From an uncultured Oscillospiraceae bacterium (GTDB lineage Bacteria; Bacillota; Clostridia; Oscillospirales; Oscillospiraceae), in NCBI GenBank assembly GCA_944385885.1, contig CALWYY010000095.1, forward strand, positions 10,634-74,633: 64,000 bases of DNA, given 5' to 3'. The notes beneath the pieces are model-generated. The model saw only the letters and a program-made list of their open reading frames with translations, made no database searches and was not told the origin of the DNA. This document shows, one piece after another, positions 56,945 through 63,317 of the stretch (within the stretch, counting starts at the first letter, position 1; every line of letters starts with the position of its first letter). Made by a program: the position numbers and the translations under genes.

Positions 56945-57450
56945 TCCTCCTTTCCCAAATTTTTTTGCAGCTGATTCAATGCGCTGCGTATGCGGTACAT
57001 GACCTGAAATCGTGAAAGGCCAAGTATTTCCGCAATCTCTCCCACCTTAAGCTCTTGCCCGTAGCGCAGGAGCAAGACCTCCTTTTGATTGTCAGGAAGG
57101 GCGGAGATGGCGCTGGACAGGCAAATTTGTTGAACTGATCGCTCCGCAAAGTCCCCTGTTGTGCATATATCTGGGTTCTCCAGGGAATCCAAGGAAACAG
57201 GATGCGCCTTTTTGATCCAGTTTTGGCATAGGTTGCCGGCAATGGTATAGAGAAGCGCCTTCGGCCGTTTAATATCAGCATACATCTGTGCGGCATCCAA
57301 AAAGCGGATAAACGTATCCTGCGTAATATCCTGCGCCTCTGCGCTGTCGTGTATTTTCCAATAACAGAATTTATAGATCTGCCCATAATACGCAGATATG
57401 ATGTCCTCCATCTCTCCGGATGCGTCCGATAGGCCCCTCCTGCGTGTCAC
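56935..57450 (-). CDS. RNA polymerase sigma-70 family (ECF-type) sigma factor
   Basis: 171 aa. Region 2 (YYGQIYKFCYWKIHDSAEAQDITQDTFIRF) and region 4 HTH (LKVGEIAEILGLSRFQVMYRIRSA). GTG start 4 nt after AAGGGGGTGA. Confidence 0.88.
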   Translation of the reverse strand: MTRRRGLSDASGEMEDIISAYYGQIYKFCYWKIHDSAEAQDITQDTFIRFLDAAQMYADIKRPKALLYTIAGNLCQNWIKKAHPVSLDSLENPDICTTGDFAERSVQQICLSSAISALPDNQKEVLLLRYGQELKVGEIAEILGLSRFQVMYRIRSALNQLQKNLGKEEWK

Positions 57451-57519
57451 TTTCTCACCCCCTTACTGAATACGACAGTTGAGCAGCACAAAATGTGCAA
57501 AAAACTTTTTGCAGCTATC

Positions 57520-57790
57520 TTAAAGCAGAATGTCCCGCTCGGGGGCCGGCGATCCGCCCCCCAAAGCGCCGATGCAGTTATAGTTATAATAGTAGATCGT
57601 CGCCCGCGGATTGGCAACGCCGTCCCCCTTGGCCCCTGGATAAACCTCGATGCACTAATTGCTCGGCAACCATGCGTTGGAACGGTGGTAGCGTCTGTGG
57701 AGCGCCGCACCGTTTCCAGAAAGGCGGCCACGTCCATTCGCTTATCTTCCAGCTTTTTTAGCGCCAGCCCAAATTCAGGTACCGGGTCTG
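57520..57790 (-). pseudogene. Possible decayed gene remnant (two out-of-frame ORF fragments)
   Basis: One frame reads ...PEFGLALKKLEDKRMDVAAFLETVRRS... An adjacent frame reads IEVYPGAKGDGVANPRATIYYYNYNCIGALGGGSPAPERDILL-stop, and it is preceded by an in-frame TAG with no start. I recognise no family. Confidence 0.2.
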
Positions 57791-57804
57791 GGAGCAACGG
57801 GCAC

Positions 57805-57849
57805 AAAAAACAGACTGGATGTCCTAAAAAAGGTCGCCCAGTCTGTTTT
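57805..57849. terminator. Bidirectional terminator-like hairpin
   Basis: 10-bp perfect stem aacagactgg / ccagtctgtt, flanked by an A-run on one side and a T-run on the other. Confidence 0.55.
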
Positions 57850-57935
57850 GCTTTAAAGTAAATCTGTGAAAATGAACCAAAAGCAATATCAGCATACTGT
57901 ATATGCGCGCCATGGTAAACTGGTAATTGCGAACA

Positions 57936-57973
57936 ATTCAAAAAATTTTGCCGGAGGACACGCCTGTCCGGCT
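57936..57973 (-). terminator. Rho-independent terminator after the alarmone synthetase gene
   Basis: gccgga...tccggc hairpin 35 nt after the stop, followed on the minus strand by AAAATTTTTTG. Confidence 0.5.
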
Positions 57974-58007
57974 GACAAACGCTTAGCTTGAGAAACTCGG
58001 CTGTTAT

Positions 58008-58619
58008 CTAATTCCATTGGTCGTTTAAAATCAGTTCTTGTAAAGTTTGCATCGAAACATCCACCGAGGCGATCTCGTCTGCACATCGTTTCAGTTCGCC
58101 CCAAATGATTTTTTCATGCTCAACGTTTTTCTTATACTTCATCTGGTGCTCCAACGCCGCCCAGAAATCAATGGCGATTGTTCTCAGCTGTATCTCCGCC
58201 ATAAGCTTTTGATTGGATGGCGAGGGGAAAGATAAAACCAAATGCAAACTGCGATACCCATTGGGTTTCGGGTGGGAAATATAATCTTTTGTTTCGATAA
58301 CCTCAAATTCAGGACGTGTCTTTAGCCAGCTGGCGATTTTATCGACATCGTCCAAAAAGGAACATACGATTCGCACACCTACGGTATCGTGCATATGGGA
58401 AAGTGCAGTTTCCCCATCGGTCGGCAGCCCCCTCTGCTCCAATTTGCGGATCATACTGTCCGGCTGCTTGATTCTGGATTTGCAATATAGAATTGGCCCT
58501 ACGCTATTTGGATAACTATGCGTGGGATAGTCATGGATCAGATCCAGCAAGGTTTGCTCTACCTGTTTCAACCTGGAAAAAGCTTCGCCGTAGTACTCTT
58601 CATAGGTCAAGGCCATCAT
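58008..58619 (-). CDS. Small alarmone synthetase (RelA/SpoT-domain GTP pyrophosphokinase, RelQ/RelP-like)
   Basis: 203 aa single-domain protein. Synthetase motifs SRIKQPDSMIRKL, DTVGVRIVC, HPKPNGYRSLHLVL, EIQLRTIAIDFWAALEHQMKYK. Confidence 0.9.
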   Translation of the reverse strand: MMALTYEEYYGEAFSRLKQVEQTLLDLIHDYPTHSYPNSVGPILYCKSRIKQPDSMIRKLEQRGLPTDGETALSHMHDTVGVRIVCSFLDDVDKIASWLKTRPEFEVIETKDYISHPKPNGYRSLHLVLSFPSPSNQKLMAEIQLRTIAIDFWAALEHQMKYKKNVEHEKIIWGELKRCADEIASVDVSMQTLQELILNDQWN

Positions 58620-59010
58620 TCCTCATTTTTATACCCCTGTTTTTCCCTTTGGGACAGACAAAATACAGAATAATGCCCGTTAGGAGAAATAGAATTCCAA
58701 ACATCCAGTAAACGGAAACGAGCCGGTTTGTAGTCCCGTAAATCTCCAGCGCCCCTTTAAACAGACTGCCTATTGTCAGAGCCGCTATGCCGGAGTGATA
58801 CAAATTACGAGACACCCTGTTCGGCGTCGGCATTCTGAAAAAAGCCAGTCCAAAAAAAGGCAGCGCGCCGCCAACCAAAGGAAATACAAACGCATACAGC
58901 ATAAAGTAGGAATACACCTCATAACTGAAATACTCGTAGACAGCGCCAAACAGTATGCAGAATATTGAAATGAACAGGTAGAGAACTCCCGTCCAGACCA
59001 TATTCTTCAT
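58600..59010 (-). CDS. Hypothetical 4-TM membrane protein
   Basis: About 136 aa from the ATG at 59010, 4 nt after the upstream stop. The ORF-track TTG start is at 59034. Four hydrophobic helices. The 3' end overlaps the SAS start by 20 nt. Confidence 0.55.
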   Translation of the reverse strand: MKNMVWTGVLYLFISIFCILFGAVYEYFSYEVYSYFMLYAFVFPLVGGALPFFGLAFFRMPTPNRVSRNLYHSGIAALTIGSLFKGALEIYGTTNRLVSVYWMFGILFLLTGIILYFVCPKGKNRGIKMRNDGLDL

Positions 59011-59014
59011 TCGG

Positions 59015-59941
59015 TCAATATCCGATGTAGACAATGTCGCTTACGCTCCTTTCCTTAATGCTTCGTCCACTGGTTGTTGGATTGTTGATCACCTCGCCAT
59101 TGAAATACATGGTAGAGGAGCCCCCGCCATCCAGATTATAGGCGGTCAAAACGCCAAGCTCATTCATAAACTCCGCCAGCTGGGACAGGGACAGGCCGGC
59201 GCTTTCATCCGTTCTTCCATCGGAAACCACAAACACATAGTGAAGATCATCTATGATACCAATGGCAGTTCGTGGATTGCTCGTTTTTGCTTTTCCGACT
59301 TCATCGTCTTCTGAAACAACCACCTTGCCATCTTCTATCAAGGCGGGGCCAAACGATAAGATCTGCTGCGCCCCGTCCGCGAGGAGCTCCTCGGCAGTAA
59401 CGTCTGCTTCGTTGATAATGGCGAAGCTTCCATCGTTATAGATTACAAGATCCACCTGCCCATAGGCTGCTGTACTCCGATAAAGCACCCCGTTGCGGAG
59501 AACATATCCTTCTTCCTGCACCCCGTAATAATCGCCGTTAATGGCCAGAATCGCACCCGCCCTTTCCGCAATCTCAGATGTCTTTTCCGTCACATTGTGT
59601 CCGTAAGCGTTTTGCGCAAACGCGGTCTGAAGATACTCCGGCGAGGACAGTACGATATCCGCAACATAAATGTACGTGTCATATTCCCGGTACTCCGTGA
59701 TGGTTATCTGGATGTTCCCATCGCTGTAGGAGGATTCCGACACTACAAGCTCCGTGTAGGTGGAAATCGCTTCACTGCCCTGTTCCGCATCGGCTTCGGC
59801 AGTACTCTCTCCACGGCTTTCCGTTTCCGGTATTGCTGTATATACCTGGGTGATTACAAACGTATCCAAGGCAAGATAGACTGTAAATGCAGCCAGGAAG
59901 ATGCTGTATAGAACAGCCCACCAGTGCCGCTGTATGAACAT
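59015..59941 (-). CDS. Phosphodiester glycosidase (DUF2233/NAGPA-like) family protein, membrane-anchored
   Basis: 308 aa. N-terminal anchor WWAVLYSIFLAAFTVYLALDTFVI. C-terminal GPALIEDGKV...NPRTAIG...AYNLDGGGSSTMYFNG is typical of the family. GAGGTG RBS. Confidence 0.8.
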   Translation of the reverse strand: MFIQRHWWAVLYSIFLAAFTVYLALDTFVITQVYTAIPETESRGESTAEADAEQGSEAISTYTELVVSESSYSDGNIQITITEYREYDTYIYVADIVLSSPEYLQTAFAQNAYGHNVTEKTSEIAERAGAILAINGDYYGVQEEGYVLRNGVLYRSTAAYGQVDLVIYNDGSFAIINEADVTAEELLADGAQQILSFGPALIEDGKVVVSEDDEVGKAKTSNPRTAIGIIDDLHYVFVVSDGRTDESAGLSLSQLAEFMNELGVLTAYNLDGGGSSTMYFNGEVINNPTTSGRSIKERSVSDIVYIGY

Positions 59942-59987
59942 AAGATTTCACCTCTTCTCTTTCAGTTTCTTTGAAAATTTCCTGCGT

Positions 59988-60171
59988 TTTTCGCGCCCGG
60001 AATATCATCCTCCGCCAAACCGGCCAGCGGAACGGATAACACGCGCCCTGCTCTGAAGCAATCCGGCTTCGGCTTATGGTATAGCTGACGCGAGAGCACA
60101 CGATCCGAGCCACAGTATTCGATATCAGAATGCTTGTGCGTTCTCCGGGCCAGACGTCAAGGGCGCGAAAA
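59988..60171 (-). promoter_or_regulatory. Candidate structured 5' leader RNA closed by an 11-bp long-range helix
   Basis: Minus-strand UUUUCGCGCCC (60171-60161) is perfectly complementary to GGGCGCGAAAA (59998-59988). A second GGGCGCG copy at 60048-60042 offers a competing 7-bp pairing. Internal helix GAGA(AC)GCACA / UGUGCUCUC. Confidence 0.35.
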
Positions 60172-60224
60172 GGACCCCATATATTCTAACCTCCATTCGC
60201 CCCTTATACATGGCTAAGACAATG

Positions 60225-60263
60225 ACAGCTCCTGCCCAGAACTGCTGTCTGGACAGGAGCTGT
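60225..60263 (-). terminator. Terminator hairpin after the beta-helix lipoprotein gene
   Basis: About 16-bp stem acagctcctgcccaga / tctggacaggagctgt (one mismatch) starting 4 nt after the stop. The downstream T-tract is weak. Confidence 0.55.
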
Positions 60264-60266
60264 AGA

Positions 60267-61853
60267 TTAATGTCCGCCGCGGCCCTGTCCCATGCCGCCT
60301 GGACCGGCCATGCCTCCGCCCATCTGGCCCGGATTGCTTTCCGAGCCGTCGTTGGTGGTGACATCACCGCCGTTGTTGGCGTAAGTGCCGTCGCAGTCGA
60401 TGGCGGTATTTCCACTTCCGTTGCAGGTGAGTTTCAGCGTGCCGCCGTTGATGGTAAGGCTGCCGTTGGAATCAATACAGTCGCCGGTAGAGACAATGGC
60501 AAACGATCCTCCATTAATGATAATAAAGCTGTTCGACGAAGCAGCAAACTGCTCCTGCCCAGAACGCGCTCCGCCAAAACCGGAACTGTCCGCGCCGCCC
60601 GCCGCGTTAATACCGTCATCCACAGAAGTTATGTTGAACGTACCGCCATCGATGGTAACCGACAGGCCCTCGATCCCTTCATAGCAATACGGGATCGTAA
60701 ACATACCGTTTTGAATCGTGATGGCAGCATCTGAATGTACAGCATCATCGCCGCTTTGCAGACTATATTCGCCGCCTGCAATCAGAATATCTCCGCCCGC
60801 GTGGATAGAATCATCTGCCGTATCCAGTATAAAGCTTCCGCTCAAAATGGTGATTGTTCCGTCGGCTTTGATTCCTTTCTGGCTGGCAGAATTTTCTGCC
60901 GTTGCCGTGGTCTGGGTTTGGAACCCGCTTCCTTTCCCGGAACCGAATGTGTTGGCCGTCATGGTGACGCTTGCGCTGCCCTCACCTGTCGTGATCGTGA
61001 AATTGCCATTGTCGATTTGCAGGTATGCGCCGGCGCTCACACCGTCGCCGTCAGCCGCAATGGTAAAGGTTCCGTCTGCAATGTAGAGATAACCCAGGCT
61101 GGTATCATCCGTATTTTCCGCATGGATACCGTCTTTCCCGGATGTGATCGTGTACGTTCCACTTGTGATCTGCACACTGTCCTTGCCGGAAATACCGTGA
61201 CTCGCCGCCGTTATGGCATAGGTTCCGCTGGCAAATACCAGATCATCTTTGGATACGATACCGTGTCCAGCGGCAGCGTTGATCGTAAGGGTTCCCTCAC
61301 CGCTCAGAGTTAGGTCCGATTTGGAAAAGATCACGGCATCAATGTTGTTGTCGTCGATTGCAACATATTCCCCACCGTTGGCCAGAGAGTTTTCTGAGCC
61401 GGACGCCGTAACGATAAGCACCTTGTCCGCTTCTAAGATATAAATAGCGGCGGAGGTATTGTTTGTGATCTCGACTCCGTTCAATACCAGCTGCACCTCA
61501 TCCGTGTCCTCCGCATTGACAACAACCATACCGTTATTCAATGTGCCGGAAAGAACGTAGGTGCCCTCATCCGTGATGGTAACCGTGCTGCCGGAGATCT
61601 GAACGGCATTGGAATTGCTGGAGGCGCTGTCGCCTGAGAGAATGATCTGGGCGCTGGTTTCCTCATCGTAATCAATCTCCAGGTCCTGATCCGTAAGCAT
61701 TCCGGCCAAATTGTCGGCCGTTACGGATTCTACGGTTTCCGATTGCGTTGTTTTTGTAGAGGTGCTCACCGTTTCCGCAGCATCGGCGGTGCCACATGCC
61801 GAAAAGGTAAACACAACCGCCAAAGCCACCGGGAGTAATGCCTTTATCTTCAT
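60267..61853 (-). CDS. Cthe_2159-type carbohydrate-binding beta-helix lipoprotein
   Basis: AAGGAGG RBS then MKIKALLPVALAVVFTFSAC (lipobox-like). About 10 degenerate coils with D-x-I-H/D-G-I signatures (GHGIVSKDD, SHGISGKDS, KDGIHAEN, DDSIHAGGD, DDAVHSDA, DDGINAAGG, GDCIDSNG). Gly/Met-rich tail. Confidence 0.75.
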   Translation of the reverse strand: MKIKALLPVALAVVFTFSACGTADAAETVSTSTKTTQSETVESVTADNLAGMLTDQDLEIDYDEETSAQIILSGDSASSNSNAVQISGSTVTITDEGTYVLSGTLNNGMVVVNAEDTDEVQLVLNGVEITNNTSAAIYILEADKVLIVTASGSENSLANGGEYVAIDDNNIDAVIFSKSDLTLSGEGTLTINAAAGHGIVSKDDLVFASGTYAITAASHGISGKDSVQITSGTYTITSGKDGIHAENTDDTSLGYLYIADGTFTIAADGDGVSAGAYLQIDNGNFTITTGEGSASVTMTANTFGSGKGSGFQTQTTATAENSASQKGIKADGTITILSGSFILDTADDSIHAGGDILIAGGEYSLQSGDDAVHSDAAITIQNGMFTIPYCYEGIEGLSVTIDGGTFNITSVDDGINAAGGADSSGFGGARSGQEQFAASSNSFIIINGGSFAIVSTGDCIDSNGSLTINGGTLKLTCNGSGNTAIDCDGTYANNGGDVTTNDGSESNPGQMGGGMAGPGGMGQGRGGH

Positions 61854-61866
61854 CTGTATGCCTCCT

Positions 61867-62568
61867 TTACAATTCACCAATCAGGGTTTCCTGCGCAGAA
61901 AAGGAAATTTCCAGATTTCCATTGCGGCAGCGAAGCCGGTCGATCAATTCTTTTTCTTTTGCCGCGGTTTTTAATGTGAGGTTATAGGTAAGGCGAAAAA
62001 GGCTTCCCATGTTCGTGGTTTTTACCATTGTCAGTTCGTGGGAGGAGGCGTACTTATTTAGAATCGGTTCAAAAACATCCGTGTAATCCAGATCTTCCGG
62101 AATGGTAATATGAAGCGTTTTATACAGTGCCGATTTCTTTTTCGCCCCGAAATCCAGGCGGTCGTACAGAGCACTGACAAAGCCAAGAAGAACTGCGCAC
62201 AAAAACGCATAGCCAAGATATCCCATTCCAATGATCAGACCGGTGCCCATAGCAAGGAAGATCGCGCCTATCTCTTTTGCCGAACCGGGCGCAGACCGAA
62301 ACCGGACAAGGCTGAATGCCCCCGCGACCGCAACGCCGGTACCTACATTTCCATTCACCATCATAATGACTACACAGACCACCGCGGGGAGAAGCGCAAG
62401 TGTCGCCACAAAACTTTTGGTATATCTGGATCTAGTTCCGTACATATAGAACGCCACCAGGATTAGCCCAATGACCAACGCGCTTCCAACGCAAAGAAGG
62501 AAATCGGCTAAGGCAATAACACTGGTCATGTCCGTGTCAAACAGCCCCCGAAACAAATTAGCAAACAT
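61867..62568 (-). CDS. DUF4956-like membrane protein
   Basis: About 233 aa from MFANLF. Four TM helices then a soluble C-terminal domain of about 90 aa (LHITIPEDLDYTDVFEPILNKY...LTYNLTLK). Overlaps the VTC ORF stop. Confidence 0.75.
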   Translation of the reverse strand: MFANLFRGLFDTDMTSVIALADFLLCVGSALVIGLILVAFYMYGTRSRYTKSFVATLALLPAVVCVVIMMVNGNVGTGVAVAGAFSLVRFRSAPGSAKEIGAIFLAMGTGLIIGMGYLGYAFLCAVLLGFVSALYDRLDFGAKKKSALYKTLHITIPEDLDYTDVFEPILNKYASSHELTMVKTTNMGSLFRLTYNLTLKTAAKEKELIDRLRCRNGNLEISFSAQETLIGEL

Positions 62569-63289
62569 GGTAAGCCCTCCTTGATCCATTTTCTTTGGAC
62601 CCTGTCATCATGTGCTGGTAAGCCAGCCCGTACTTTGAAAACGATGTTTGGAAAGCCCTGAGTTGGTTCAGCGCATGGCTCATCCAAAGCGGCAGGCCAC
62701 CCGCTGTTTTGATCTCCATCAGCGTCTGCCCCTCCTTAAGCAGCGGCGTCCCATATGCCTCGCTGCCAAGGCTGAGATCGTATTCGCGGTAGAGAATATT
62801 CTCGTCAAAGGTAACGCGGAAATCCCCGCCATCCAATGAATAAAAGGCTTCTCTTTCATAGGAGAGGAATACCGTGGGATGCAGCCCTGCGTAATAAGAG
62901 CGGAAATATTCGATCTCCTCCGCTATCTGGGATTGAACCGGAAGAGGAAGATTGTGCTGGAAGGTACTCATAGCCTGCGCTTCCGAAAGGGTAAGCCTGC
63001 GTTTATAGACGACAGATTTGTATTTCTTTTTCAGCTCAACGAAAACAGGATCGTCGTCAGCCGCCATTTGATAGCTGCGAACACGCAGCTTTTCTTTATA
63101 TGCCGGTTTTTCCAAAGAACGCCGGATCAACCGAAAGCTGTCGGTATCGAAATAGACATTCCGAATCACGGTACGCCCATAGCTATCGAGCTTCATATAA
63201 GGTTTCATTGCCTGCAAAATCGCCCTCTTCTGCTGCGCCGTAAGCAGGTATTTGATTTCATATCGCTGGAAGGTTGCCTGATATGCCAT
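62558..63289 (-). CDS. VTC-domain (CYTH/triphosphate-tunnel, polyphosphate polymerase-like) protein
   Basis: 243 aa from the ATG 8 nt after AAAGGAG. Alternating charged beta-strand motifs RYEIKY, LRVRSY, VELKKK, YKRR, SYEREA, RVTFDE, MEIKT. No TM segment. Confidence 0.85.
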   Translation of the reverse strand: MAYQATFQRYEIKYLLTAQQKRAILQAMKPYMKLDSYGRTVIRNVYFDTDSFRLIRRSLEKPAYKEKLRVRSYQMAADDDPVFVELKKKYKSVVYKRRLTLSEAQAMSTFQHNLPLPVQSQIAEEIEYFRSYYAGLHPTVFLSYEREAFYSLDGGDFRVTFDENILYREYDLSLGSEAYGTPLLKEGQTLMEIKTAGGLPLWMSHALNQLRAFQTSFSKYGLAYQHMMTGSKENGSRRAYHVC

Positions 63290-63317
63290 TTCTTTCACTC
63301 CTTTCCCATTTACTTGC

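Noticed and set aside
57447-57941. 164-aa minus-strand ORF and the 122-aa/88-aa plus-strand ORFs in the sigma-SAS spacer
   Set aside because: They run through two terminator hairpins, lack RBSs, and have no domain signatures. The region is treated as decayed or non-coding.
58008-58619. Toxic SAS (toxSAS) toxin-antitoxin interpretation
   Set aside because: The protein looks like an ordinary RelQ/RelP-type synthetase. There is no small soluble antitoxin-like ORF adjacent, and the flanking genes are a membrane protein and a terminator. The idea is kept only as an alternative inside the operon finding.
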